64,000 nt of DNA from Squalus acanthias (Eukaryota): positions 51,090,001 through 51,154,000 of the forward strand of contig CM059432.1 of the NCBI GenBank assembly GCA_030390025.1. Reading direction: 5' to 3'. Positions 23,767 to 36,028 of this stretch are shown one piece after another (within the stretch, counting starts at the first letter, position 1; every line of letters begins with the position of its first letter). The notes below the pieces were generated by a model. It was not told the origin of the DNA, did not search any database, and worked only from the letters and a program-made list of their open reading frames with translations. The translations under genes were made by a program, and so were the position numbers.

Positions 23767-25746
23767 TAGTATTCTTGTTCACTATAATTGCTCACTATTC
23801 CAGAATCATTCTGGAATGCAAAGATAAACCCCCGTTTCTTTTCTCCACTGCTAACCATCTTCTTAAGCCCCTGTCCCCTGTCTCCTCCACCCTCACGTCC
23901 AACAACAAGTGAGAGGAGCTCATGGACTTCTTTGTTTCTAAGATTGAGACCATCCATTCAGCTGCCTCTCCCACTTTCCTTCCTTCCCCTAGCCCACCAG
24001 GCCAAACTTCCTCTAAGGTTCCCCCCTGCCCTAGCCCTGAACTCTCATCTTTCTCCAGTTTCTCTCCGATCTCCCCTCATGACCTCTCTGTGCTCATCTT
24101 GTCCATGAGACCCACTTCCTGCTCCCTCGACCCTATTCCCACCAAGCTGCTGACCACCCATCTTCCTTTTCTGGCTTCCATGTTAGCTGACATTTTTAAC
24201 GGTTCTCTCCTTAGGTACTGTCCCCCTCTCCCTCAAATCTGCTGTCATCACCCCTCTCAAAAAAACCAAACCTTGACCCCTCTGTCCTTGCAAACTACCG
24301 CCCCATCTCCAACCTCCCTTTCCTCCCCAAAGTTCTTGAAAATATTGACACCTCCCAAATCCGTGCCCATCTTTCCCGCAACTCCATGTTTGCATCCCTC
24401 CAATCAGGTTTCCGCCCCTGCCACAGTACCGAAACGGCTCTCATCAAAGTCAGAAATGATATCCTTTGTGACTGTGATAAAGGTAAACTATCCCTCCTCA
24501 TCCTTCTTGACCTGTCTGCAGCCTTTGACATGGTTGACCACTCCATCCTTCTCCAACACCTTTCCACTGTTGTCCAGCTGGGTGGGATTGCACTCGCCTG
24601 GTTCCATTCTTTTCTATCTAGTCGTAACCAGAGAATCACCTGCAATAGCTTCTCTTCCCGCTCCTGCATCGTTACCTCTGGTGTCCCCCAAGGATCTATC
24701 CTTGGCCACCTCCTATTTCTCATCTACATGTTGCCCCTTGGCGACATCATCCGAAAACACTGCGTCAGTTTCCACATGTACGCTGATGACACACAGCTCT
24801 ACCTCACCACCACTTCTCTCGACCCCGCCACAGTCTCTAAATTCTCAGACTGCTTGTCCGACATCCAGTTCTGGATGAGCAGAAATTTTCTCCAATTAAA
24901 TATTGGGAAGACTGAAGCCATTGTTTTCGATGCCTGCCAGAACCTCTGTTCCCTAGCAACTGACTCCATCCCTCTCCCTATCATCTGTCTGAGGCTGAAC
25001 CACACTGTTCACAACCTTGGTGTCATATTTGACCCTGAAATGAGCTTCCGACCACATATCCGCGGCATAACTAAGACCGCCAATTTCCACCTCCGTAACA
25101 TCGCCCGTCTCCGCCCTTGCTTCAGCTCATCCGCTGCTGAAACCCTCATCCTTGCCTTTGTTACCTCTAGACTTGACTATTCCAACGCATTCCTGGCTGG
25201 CCTCCCACATTCTACCCTACGTAAACTTGAGGTCATCCAAAACTCGGTTGCCCATGTCCTAACTCGCACCAAGTCCCGTTCACCCATCAACCCTGTGCTC
25301 GCTGACCTACATTGGCTCCTGGTTAAGCAACGCCTCGATTTGAAAATTCTCATCCTTGTTTTCAAATCCCTCCATGGCCTTACCCCTCCCGATCTCTGTA
25401 ATCTCCTCCAGCCCCACAACCCCCCGAGATATCTGCGCTCCTCTAATTCTGCCCTCTTGAGCATCCCTAATTATAATCGCTCAACCATTGGTGGCCGTGC
25501 CTTCTGTTGCCAAGGCCCTAAGCTCTGGAATTCCCTGCCTAAACCTCTCGGTCTCTCTATCTCTCTTTCCTCCTTGAAGACGCTCCTTAAAACCTACCTC
25601 TTTGACCAAGCTTTTGGTCACCTGTCCTAATTTCTCCTCATGTGGCTCGGTGTCAAATTTGTTATCTTATAACACTCCCGTTAGCGCCTTGGGACGATTT
25701 ACTACGTTAAAGGTGCTATATAAATACAAGTTGTTGTTGTTGTTGT
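23767..25746 (+). mobile_element. L2 LINE, 5'-truncated, 414-aa RT ORF (24386-25630)
   Basis: QSGFRPCHSTETAL, LDLSAAFD, GVPQGS and YADDTQLY motifs; (TTG)n tail. Confidence 0.95.
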
Positions 25747-25937
25747 TAAAGGAAGCAGGGTGGGAGGAAGTTTAGTCCAGATAGCTGCTGGAGTCAGTGG
25801 GCTTATAGTGGATTATTTGACTCTGAGTACCATATATATATTCATGACGCTTCTGCTTGTTTCCAGCTTGAACTTTGGCCGACTGGATTGTGATCCAACC
25901 AAAAATCAGAAAGGATGGGAAATGGAGACAAACAGGG

Positions 25938-26453
25938 CATTTAGCAGTGGCGGTAACCGGTAGTGCTTCGCTCCGCTGCGCGCAGCACCCCGTTTTCGCT
26001 CCGCCTGCAAAGTTGTCCCGCGCCCCCTGAATCTGCGCCGGGCGATGGCAGCGACTGATTCAGGGGGCAGGAACAGAGCGACAGGAGGCTCGCGGGGCAC
26101 TAAGTAAAGGGGAGGTGGCGGGCGGGGAAAAAAAAATCGGCCGACTACTTGTCGCAGCCCGTTGCCTCTTTGAACGCGGGGTCCATGCTGCGATGTGGCA
26201 GCCTGGCACTCCACTCCCCGTTGGCCCAGGTAGGGCCCCTCAGAGTTGTGGGCTTGGGCCCTCCCCTTTAATGAGGGCTGGATCCCTTCCATGCGGCAGC
26301 GCTGCATGGCCCAGTGCTTGATTTAGTGTTCCACCTCCCTCTTGGGCCGCTAAAACTGAATTTAGCGATCGCAGGTGCTAATTTTCGCCGGGTGCTAAAT
26401 TTAGCACCAGGCGATGTTAGCGAACCAAAATGGTCGCTAGCGAATTTTGCCCC
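25938..26453. mobile_element. Partial GC-rich Harbinger-type MITE
   Basis: Related to 12802-13560; ends GAATTTTGCCCC. Confidence 0.6.
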
Positions 26454-27841
26454 TGTAATTTGTAATGTTTCTGCCCATTCGAAGTCAATGTGACTAAGGT
26501 TTTAAAAAGTGAAACACAGCAAACTGTGTTAAAGCAGTAATGCCAACCCCACTGTCTCATAAATCATGAGACAAACTCTTAAAAGTCACGAGATTGGTAA
26601 GAAATCATGAGTTGCTATTCTTTTCAAACATAAACCAATATAGAGGTACAGTTTGTTTATAAACCTCATTATTGGCTTTATTTAATCTGTAACAGGTCAT
26701 AGCTCTTTACAAAAACTATATCACTGCATCTGAAAATGCTTTACAAAAAACTTTTAAAACTCCTACCTGTTATCTCCACATTGCTACATTTGGGTACTCC
26801 TCTTGAGTTTCGGGTGGGTAATTTTCCAGTATGAGGTAAGCATAAAATTATTATATTCTAAACAAAATTAAGACTTTGTAATGCCCGGTTCTTCAAAGAT
26901 TCAGTGAGGCGTGTGACAATGCTAATGATATTGATGTGGGGTCTGATGATGGATGATATTTGGGCTCAGGCAGATGTGGGCTCGGGCTTGTTTCTGGAGT
27001 AACAGCCACAGCCACAGTCTCGCTCTGCAGCTCACTGTCTGCCCTATAGGCTGTTTACCATTCCCAGCACCAGCAGCTGCCTGTGCCGTCTTCCATGTCC
27101 GAAGTAATACTGTGTAAGATGCAGACTGACCTGCTGCACATGCTCAGTATTTTCTGAGTTACCTGCTCATGAGCAGTAATGACAAACATTGTAAGAATTA
27201 GAAACAAAAGAAGGCATTCAGTCTATCCAGTTTGCTTAGTCATCCAGGTTTTTTTCTCAGGATCTGATTAGACCATATTTTAAACATAATTTTACTATCC
27301 CTCTACTTTTACCCATCTACTCACATTCAACCTTTGAATTCTGTGGAAACTGAAAATATGCAAGAGTTTTTGAGATACAAAAATATAACTTTCCCTAAAA
27401 TAATATCAGCATCAGATATACATTACTGCAGTTTATGAATGAACCATCTGTACAATTATTTTGGCATATGGTTTATGCCATTAAATAGTCCAGTGAACCA
27501 CTGACTAATACCCACTGAATCCACCAATATGAAGGCTGCAATGGATTAGCAATGTGCTGTTACAGCAGAGATTTGATCCAATGCTTGTCATATTGGATAA
27601 AACTGATTTCAGACAAACGGGTATCTCTCAAAAAAAAACTGTATTAGCTATTTACAAATATCAAAAGAGCTCCAGTTTCACAATACTTATATGTCATATG
27701 TGCAAATATTTCATGATAATCCAATTGTGACGTAGCCCACCTAGAACTTCTTGTTCATTGATTATGTAATTATGTTATCATGGAATATTTTCCATATTTT
27801 GTCATATGTATATGTCATATAGTGTTATAGAGGTTTTTTAC

Positions 27842-27972
27842 CACTTGCTGAACTTTATCTGCCATGGAGACAAATTCAGGGATATCCTTTCTTCGATACT
27901 CAGGAACAAATTCAACATTAGCTATATGGAATAATCCAGCGAAATATAAAGCATTACTGTTTTGAGTCCGCC
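27842..27972 (-). CDS. TMPRSS7: Single coding exon: start of the SEA domain of a matriptase-3/TMPRSS7-like type II transmembrane serine protease
   Basis: Acceptor TTTCTTTCTGTTGTGCAG and donor GTAAAA; 131 nt, phase 1 to 0; reads RTQNSNALYFAGLFHIANVEFVPEYRRKDIPEFVSMADKVQQV versus recalled human KTESKDAFYFAGMFRITNIEFLPEYRQKESREFLSVSRTVQQV. Absent from the ORF track. Confidence 0.85.
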
Positions 27973-28019
27973 CTGCACAACAGAAAGAAAGTTACACTTT
28001 TAACATATATTTTTAATGA

Positions 28020-28570
28020 ACGTGACACTACATTTGACGCCGTCACCAGAGAAACATTTGCTCCGCTGTCTAATAGCGTGGCGTGAAACAAAAAGGGAAG
28101 AGCTTGTGGAGCAGGGAAACCCAGCGCCGCTGCACAAAGCTCATGGGGCCCAGAGAGAGCTGGGGTGGGGGGAGCTGGGGTGGGGGGGTGGGTGAGAGAG
28201 AGCACGGCACATGATCCGCTCGCCTCCACTCTGCCTCCGGCCGGGTGCCCAGCAACGTGAGCCACGAGTCGGGGTGCGCACGAAGAGAGCGCTGGGTGCA
28301 CGCAGCGCAGGAATGGAACACTCGCTACTGAAGGTTCCAATCCCTGTGCGCGTGCCGCCGGGGAGCGTTCCAATCTCCGTGACCAATGCTGAGCGGCGCT
28401 GCCGTGCACTGAATAATCGGAGTTATGCCGTGCTGTGGAATTCCCGCCCAGCATCATTGCGTCATTCCCTGAGAACAAAAACCCGCCAGATTTCACAGTT
28501 GAATCCCGAGATCGTGAGTTGGGTTAAATTTTAATTAAAAATCTTGTGTCTCGCAATTAATTTGCGAGAG
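28020..28570. promoter_or_regulatory. CpG-island-like segment
   Basis: Dense intact CpGs in AT-rich, CpG-poor surroundings; immediately upstream of the SEA exon on the minus strand. Confidence 0.5.
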
Positions 28571-30426
28571 TTGGCATTACTGTTATATGGCATTAACAAA
28601 TCTTAAAATAGCCCTTGCACATTAAGGATATTAAAAAAAAAACAAGATATAAAATACAATATCCTTAACCTTGCACAGACATTAACAGGAAAGATGGGAT
28701 CATTAAAACATAATAAAATATTAATATCCTCCAAAAGCTACATGGAAGCATGCTGTTTTCAGAAAAATATGGAACTGTAATTAAGGATATTTATTTAGAT
28801 TCAGTTCTGTATTTGAAACAGTATTATATTAGGTAAACAGGTATTGTAGTCTTCGCTGTACATGTTTAATTTGAGTATGGCAATGAGAAAGCTATTGTAT
28901 CCTAATGCCATGACAGGCTCTTCAGAAATGGCAGCATTTAATTAAGAGCAATTAGTTGTGTCCCTGCTGAGAAGGCTTCAAGTAGCAACTGTCCCCATAA
29001 AGGATCATTTGCAAATGACAGCCTTGGACGTCAGTCAGTTGTTCTCCAGTTCGAGATCAGTTTCAAAATAATTTTGTTAGGCAAAAAGGGCAGAAGAGAG
29101 ATTTTGCTCAGCAAATCTCTATTGTTGGACCTGGCCAAGCACTGAAGCAGGATTCCATTCTCAGCTGTTAAAGCCAACTGGTACTAAAACGTTATATTTA
29201 TCCACCCAATATCATGGTGTTTGTTGTAGGTGAGTGCCACTCTGTGATTGCTACCGCTTGACTATAAATGCTACATATTGCTTGTGTACTCAAAAAAAGT
29301 TTTTATGGGGACCAGAAAGGAGTCTACGAATCTCTAACTAGATATATTTAATAGGAAACAGCCTGGATGCCTTTAGATGAACCAATTTCAGTGATTATGT
29401 AATGGTGGTGCTGACTTCTTGACGTTGTTGAATGCAGATCCTAGCGTCCATTGTCCACATATCCTATTCTGACGTTGAAGTAAAATTTGACCTGTGCTGA
29501 TTGTTGATACCTCAATAATAACACTGAAGGGTTGTTCTGAACTGTTATATTTAGCATCCGGTCCCAGGAGTAGTCAGATATATCTTGGTTCAGCCAAGCT
29601 TATTGGATGCTCCTTTCTTCATGTACTCTTGATGTACTGGAGTCTATTGAATTTTCCTTACTTCTAAATGGATTTGTCTGCTCATTACATTTCATATTAC
29701 ATGTTGGTGGCAATACTTGGTGTGTTGTATACTTGCATACTGTCATCACCATTTTGAAATTGTGGATAAGTTTTATCTTTATTGTTCTGGTTTGCATAGT
29801 CTCCACTTCATTTTAATTTATAAAAATCTTTAAGGAAATGTTTTACAAAATACAAACAGGAAAAGAGTTCTTTAAATTATGTAATTAATAGGTGCTCTAA
29901 TAAAGATCAGTACGGTACAGGTACTGAGCAATATCAAGGCTTGGCATGACATCCTATGATAAATCCTATTTCTACACTTAACACGTGCAGTGTGATTTAT
30001 TACTCGCATACCACATTTTTGCATAAAATGTCCCAGAGACAGTCAAAATACCGGTTTCTGAGTAGAGCTGAATGATAACAAACCACTTACCCTCACTAAC
30101 ATTCAAACTTTTATAAACTAATCCCCATTTCAGGATTCCTGATTGTATGCACATTTGTATTTTAGACCTGCAAGCAAAATTACATCAATTCTTTGAAACC
30201 AAATTCTGTGATATTTAACATACATACACTGTTTTGCGAAAACACATGTGAAGGAAAATATTGGCATTGAGAATACACCGTGCAAATATTAATGCACTCA
30301 AGCTTAATGCATTTGTATCAAATTCCTTTGCCTCCTATTAAAACCTATTTTAAATGGATTGATGGCTCGAGTAAAATAATTTCAAGACCATCGTATTGTT
30401 TTCTGATACAGTACTTCTGAAACAAT

Positions 30427-31190
30427 GGGCCAGAAATTTGGGTCTCCACGGGTGAGTACGTGCTGTGTACTCACCCGTAGACCCAACGAAAGTGCCGGTT
30501 TCACGCATGCACTGCGCATGCGCTGGAAACCGGAACTTCCGTTCCCTTGAAGGAAGGAGTTCGGAGGTCAAACGCGTGCGCCGCAGAGGCAGCGCACACG
30601 CATCGGACATCCGTTTTTTTTTCAGGTTTCTGTGTGAGGGTAAGTCCCCAACAGCTGCGTGGGGAAAAAGCAGGCGCAAGGCCTGCTTTTAATAAGGTAA
30701 GTGGTGAATTAACTAAAATTAAAACATGTTTTCCACAGGTTTATTATTTTTAAATACTTTAAAGAAAGGTAAGTTTATTTTTAGCCCCGTTAAAAACTGT
30801 AATTATTTTTTTCAAAATTTAAAATTATTGTTTAAAATAGTAATTTTGTGTAATTTATAGTTATTTTAAAAATGAGATTTAAAAAAAATAATTATTTGAA
30901 GTTTTAGTGAGGTTTTGGGGCCGATCTCTATTCATAGATTTGACAGGTCTTCCTGTCAAATCTATGAATGGAGATTCCCTGCTCCGATTGGCTCTCCATG
31001 GCCCACATGATCCCAGGGGACGCTTTGAACTAACTGCGCCCCTGGGATACGCAAGCACTGCACACCGGTAGCTGGAGGAGGCCCAGGATCGGAATTCCAC
31101 GCGGGCCCAGAGCACAGCGGCAGGCGCGCTAGGTAAGTGCAGGTTGGGGACTTGCACCCGCGGGAAGCCTCCGACCCGAATTTCTGGCCC
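30427..31190 (+). mobile_element. MITE, GGGCCAGAAATT family, copy 1
   Basis: Perfect 12-bp TIR; AAT TSD; AT-rich core; internal 24-bp hairpin. Confidence 0.93.
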
Positions 31191-31335
31191 AATGTTTTTG
31201 TTAGGTTTTAGATAAGCAAAGCATGATGTTTGTTTCTAAAAGCTCATTTTGAGTCGTTTTGTGACCTTCGCTGCAATTGTAACTGAGAAGTTTTGTTGAG
31301 GTGAACATGATCTCTTGTATTCTGATAGGATATGA

Positions 31336-31696
31336 TAGGGTTGCCAACTCTGGTTGGATGTAATCCTGGAGGTTTCATCACATGACCTCCCCATGCTCCC
31401 GCCATTGGATGCCCATTATCACTGCGCACTGACTTCCCATGCCAATTGGAAAGCGAACAGACTCTTCATTAACCGATTGGATGGTTCTTGACTGTCAGTC
31501 AAACAGCCTTTGCAGCCCCCCCACCAACTCTGATATTTTTATAACTAATAAGCAGAATTGTTCAAAGAAAATGAAAAAATACATTTTTTTTTAATGCTCC
31601 TCTGGTTTTTCTCCCGAGTTGCCCGCAGCAGTGTCCTAGAGATTAATCTTAATTTCCTGGAGACTCCAGGACAATCCTGGAGGGTTAGCAACCCTA
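31336..31696. mobile_element. hAT-type MITE
   Basis: TIR TAGGGTTGCCAAC / GTTAGCAACCCTA; flanks GGATATGA and CCGTATGA look like a decayed 8-bp TSD. Confidence 0.75.
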
Positions 31697-32859
31697 CCGT
31701 ATGATGGCAGTTGTTTTCACACGCTATTGGGGTCACACAGGTCCTTAATAAAGTGGGAAGTAGAGAGCAATGCTGTTACACTTTACAAGTTCTATTTCTA
31801 CTTATCATCCACTGGAGCTTGCTAAACCTGTGAAGAAAATACTGTTGCCAAATAGTCTACTGAATGAGTGATATAACAGGCACCACAAACACACTGCAAG
31901 GTCTTGGATGATGTGACACTGCCAGTTAAAATTATCTGAGAAATAAGTCAAACACTAAACAAGAAAAATCTATGAAAAAAATACACAAGATATAATAAAA
32001 TCTTTTACTTCTTCGGTGTTGTGCGCTTGAGTATGGCTGAAGATGAATACAGATTTTGTTGTGGTGTTTGTTGTAAGCCATTGCATTTCTACTTTATTTT
32101 TATTAATATTTTATTGTTGAAGTGTCAGGAATAGAGCTGAGCTGAGGCAAAATGACAATCTGAAGTAGCCAGAATTATGGAATTTCACCTCAACCTCCAC
32201 ATCCCTCGATTTTGGTCAGTTAGTGATTCAATTTTCCTCTGCCATTAAAAATATAAACAAACATAAACAGGTACAAGAAATGCCTTTGTCCTGTAAACCA
32301 TTATTTTCCCTATTCCCTTGAGTTTCCCATCACTATAGCAGGAGTGGCATCAGAGAAATTGCCATTTTACTCAGTAACTTGCTTTTTTCCCAGCCTAATG
32401 GTCTTAGAGGCATTTGTTTTCTAGAAAGGTGTGTATATGTGTGTGGGAAGGGGAACAGAGTGTCTTGTAGCAGAGAGTGCAGTTATTATCCTTGATGTTG
32501 TTGGCAGAATGATTGATCCACTGCTAAAGACTCCATTCAATGGGGTGAGTATGCACTCATTTTGTTCTGTGCCTTATAGTTAATAGAAAAATGTGTCTAT
32601 GTTTCTTGGTAACCTAGGGAGGCTCATGCACCACTTAATGGCATTTGGATTGAATATTTGGATTTGGCTTTACAAATACCTCAGTATTGGACTCCTGCAG
32701 CTGAGTTTGAAAGTAAGCATTAAAAATAAATAAAATTCAAAGTGTTTAGGAAGGCATTAATCCTCTACTTAGCATAAATTTCACAGCATATTTATGGGAA
32801 CTCTTATGACACTGTGCATTAGCTGCAGCTCAGACACACATGGCAGTTCTAGTAAGCTT

Positions 32860-32953
32860 GTGAAGTCACCCAGGATTGCATCTTGGATGCATTAACACAG
32901 AAAAAGCATTGCTGCAGAATGTATATAAATACAAGTTGTTGTTGTTGTTGTTG
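32860..32953 (+). mobile_element. L2 or L2-dependent SINE 3' tail
   Basis: TATATAAATACAAG(TTG)n. Confidence 0.6.
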
Positions 32954-33469
32954 AGATATGGGCTCCAAACTGACTTGAGTTGCGATTCCAGCGATTACGC
33001 CAGGATCATGCCCGAAAGTATCCTCCAGTGCAGACCCTGCTGGAACTTGTGGTGTCAGGTGGGCGCAAGTGCTACTCCAAGAGCATCTCCAGCATCCGCC
33101 TGCCCATGATGAGGCGGGGTGGGAGGTGATGTTTTGTTGGGTAATTCAATCATATTCAGTGCTGGGGAACATAATGGTATATTTTACAAATTAGTACCTT
33201 GAGTGCAGAGCTGCATACCACGGAAATGTGGGCACATAGGTCAATGCAATCTTCATGATTTTTGTTCAAGGGATGCTTCTGGTCTTTAGCTGGAGTTACA
33301 GTGTGAGACTTGTGGAACCCCTGAAACACTTCTGGCCCAAGTAACTTTATTTTCATTTTTTAAATTGAATTGTGTTGATTTTTGAGACACTATGGAGTAT
33401 CTTTTATGAATTATTGCACCTGGCTTTCATATTACTGGACAGAAAATCATGTAGCTTCAAATGACGTAA

Positions 33470-33872
33470 AATTGAGGTCCTATCTGCATGTTCTGCTAAG
33501 TCAGGAAATTAAAGGCCCCATGGCACTGTTCAACGATGAGCAGAACTCTCCCAGTGTCAAGCTAACAATTCTCCTTATAGTATTTCCTATATTACAACAG
33601 TGATTACACTTCAAAAGTACTTAATTGGCTGTAAAGCGCTTTGGGACATCATGAGGTCATGAAAGGCACTATATAAATGCAAGTCTTTCTTTTGTTTCCT
33701 TCAAACAGCACCACCAAAAGAGCTTAACTAGTCATTCATCTCATAGCTGTTTGTGGAATCTTGCTATGTGCAAAATGGCTGCCATATTTGTATACATAGC
33801 AGACAATGCACTTCCAAATAATTCAACGTATGTGCAATATTTTGAGACATTTTAGTGATGCAAGTCTTTCTT
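33470..33872 (+). mobile_element. Old Deu-domain SINE with a nested second SINE 3' end (~33580-33692)
   Basis: CCCATGGCACT...GTCATTCATCTCAT..GCTGTTTGTGG..TCTTGCT..GCAAAATGGCTGCC resembles the AmnSINE1/SacSINE1 central domain; tail GCAAGTCTTTCTTT. Confidence 0.65.
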
Positions 33873-34204
33873 TCTCCATTCCTTGCTTGTTTAGAAATAA
33901 ATGAACGGTCCATCATATAGGATGAAATCTGTGACATCAGTTTGTCTATTTTTAGTATCCATTGCCCTCTTCAGGTAAAGAGAATAACAAATAGTTCAGA
34001 TAATAATAGACATGTCATTAACACTACAGTTTTGGATTCCACAGTGGGTAATTAGAAGCCATGTGAATTCAACTGCAATTTATTGTGGCTGGATAATGTA
34101 CCACTAAGCACTTGTTGCTCATTTAAGATATATATGCATGCATATTAAGGAGAGGAATTACGTGCTTGGAAATGCAAGATTTTACATTCAATGACAACTT
34201 TAAT

Positions 34205-34400
34205 TGGCTTCTCTGAATGGTTAGTAGTTAAATGGATCACCTGCTGTGCTACGAAACCATATAGATCAGGAGGTCCCAAGTTCAATTTATGTGCTTGTGT
34301 GACAGTAAGGCAGCAGTGGTCAGGGTCAGCAAAGAGAAGAATCAGCCAGGGTTCTCCTTGCTGAGTTCCCTGTGCCACTAAATGTGTGTATCTGGATCTC
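34205..34400 (+). mobile_element. Degenerate SINE-like repeat
   Basis: Box-B-like GGTCCCAAGTTCAATT and AATCAGCCAGGGTTC; recognised from memory only. Confidence 0.4.
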
Positions 34401-35263
34401 ACGTTGGGGCAGATTTTGCCTTTGAAATATACCGCATGTTAATCCAGAATTTGTGATCTGGTACCCCTTGACAGATGATCTGCACCGATGGGGAAATACT
34501 CATTGCTAGCGCAGAGCTGGGCTAATTGCCCACCAACTGCCTAGCAATTACATCCGAACATTTTACAGTTAGTGAAAGCAGGAGCCTGTTTCACTGTGAA
34601 AGAAACCCTTTTGTATTGAGCATTGAGAGCAAGCAGCGGATATAGTTGTAAGCAATACAACTTTTACCCTAAAACATGCAAAATCTGCAAATTGTTCAGT
34701 AAGTTTCAATAAAATTGAAATGATGCTGTTACCAGAAAACCACCCACAGAAACAAACTACTTGTACTGAACACATACCGCTTTTATTCGTAAAGTCCAGG
34801 ACCAGATGCTTAGTTACAACAATGAATACATTTATTGGTTTGAGCAGAGGCGGGATGTATACCATCTAATGTAAAATTATGTTGTACATTTAATTCTCAA
34901 TACCCTGGGAAACAGCCTTTGGAATAAAAAAAATGAATGAACCTACTACGCCTGAGTATGATCATCAACCTCAAAGTATCCTTTCCAACACCCTCAACAT
35001 TAGATAATTATATTTATCATGTGCATTTCCCCTTTACAATTATATCATATGTGTATACAATTTCGGCAGCACTGCAGCGTTCCTGCTCCTTTTACTTCCA
35101 TACCATTTCAGGTATAATTTATATATGTAAGAATCAGTCGCTGCTTTCTGTAATCTAGCTGATTCAGAAATAAAACCTTTCAGTTAATAGACGACTGTAA
35201 TTAAATATAACCACTTTTTCAAACGAAAATGATCTCATTGCTAAACCTCCAGCCAATTATATT

Positions 35264-36028
35264 GGGGCAGAAATTCAGGTCTCCACGGGTGAATACGCGC
35301 TGTGTACTCACCCGTAGGGCCACCGGAAGTGCCGGTTTCGCGCATGCACTGCACATGCACGGGAAACCGGAACTTCCGGTCTCGTGAAAGAAGGGGTTCG
35401 AGGGTCAACCGCGTACGCCGGAGAGGCAGCGCGCACGCAGCGAACTTCATTTTTTTTACAGGTTTTGGAGTGAGGGTAAGTACGGAGAAGCTGCGCGGGA
35501 AAAAAGGAGGCGCAAGGCCTGCTTTTAACAAGGTAAGTGGTGAATTAATTACAATTTAAACATTTTTTCAACAGGTTAATCTTTTTTACATACTTTAAAG
35601 AAAGGTAAGTTTATTTTTAGCACTGTTAAAAAGTGTAATTAATTTTTTCAAAAATTTAAATTTTTGTTTGAAGTAGTTAATTTATGCAATTTATAGTTAT
35701 TTTAAAAATGTGATGTTTTTTTCAAATTTATTTGAAGTTTTAAGTGAGGTTTTGGGGCCGATCTCTATTCATAGATTTGACAGGTCTTCCTGTCAAAATC
35801 TATGAATGGAGATTCCCTGCTCCGATTGGCTCTCCATGGCCCACGTGATCCCAGGGGACGCTTCGAACTAACTGCGCCCCTGGGATACGCAAGCACTGCG
35901 CACCGGCAGCTGCAGGAGGCCCAGGAGCCGAAGTCCACGCGGGCCCGAAGCACAACGGCAGGCGCGGTAGGTAAGTACACGCGCGATCCTTGCACCCGCG
36001 GGAAGCCGGAGAGCCGAATTTCTGGCCC
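35264..36028 (+). mobile_element. MITE, GGGCCAGAAATT family, copy 2
   Basis: Colinear with 30427-31190; flanks ATT and AAT. Confidence 0.92.

Larger units (their letters stand above)
26535..28582. mobile_element. Putative hAT-type (Blackjack/Tip100-like ends) element, ~2 kb
   Basis: Perfect 13-bp TIR CAGTAATGCCAAC / GTTGGCATTACTG with related TCTC..GAGAC subterminal palindromes; the 8-bp flanks match at only 4 of 8 positions. Confidence 0.6.

Noticed and set aside
23241..23912. 223-aa plus-strand ORF and similar antisense ORFs over LINEs
   Set aside because: Antisense shadows of Penelope, CR1 and L2 coding sequence.
27325..27349. 25-nt minus-strand micro-exon candidate downstream of the SEA exon
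   Set aside because: FPQNSKVE does not resemble the expected next TMPRSS7 exon; such signals arise by chance.
27954..28534. GC-rich ORFs of 81-180 aa
   Set aside because: No recognisable domain; expected by chance in CpG-rich DNA.
28920..29820. Coding-like composition on the minus strand
   Set aside because: All frames are interrupted and I recognise no motif; possibly a very old repeat.
30091..30167. Minus-strand exon-like segment with a good acceptor and GTAAGT donor
   Set aside because: Stops in all three frames and no recognisable homology; at most a non-coding exon.
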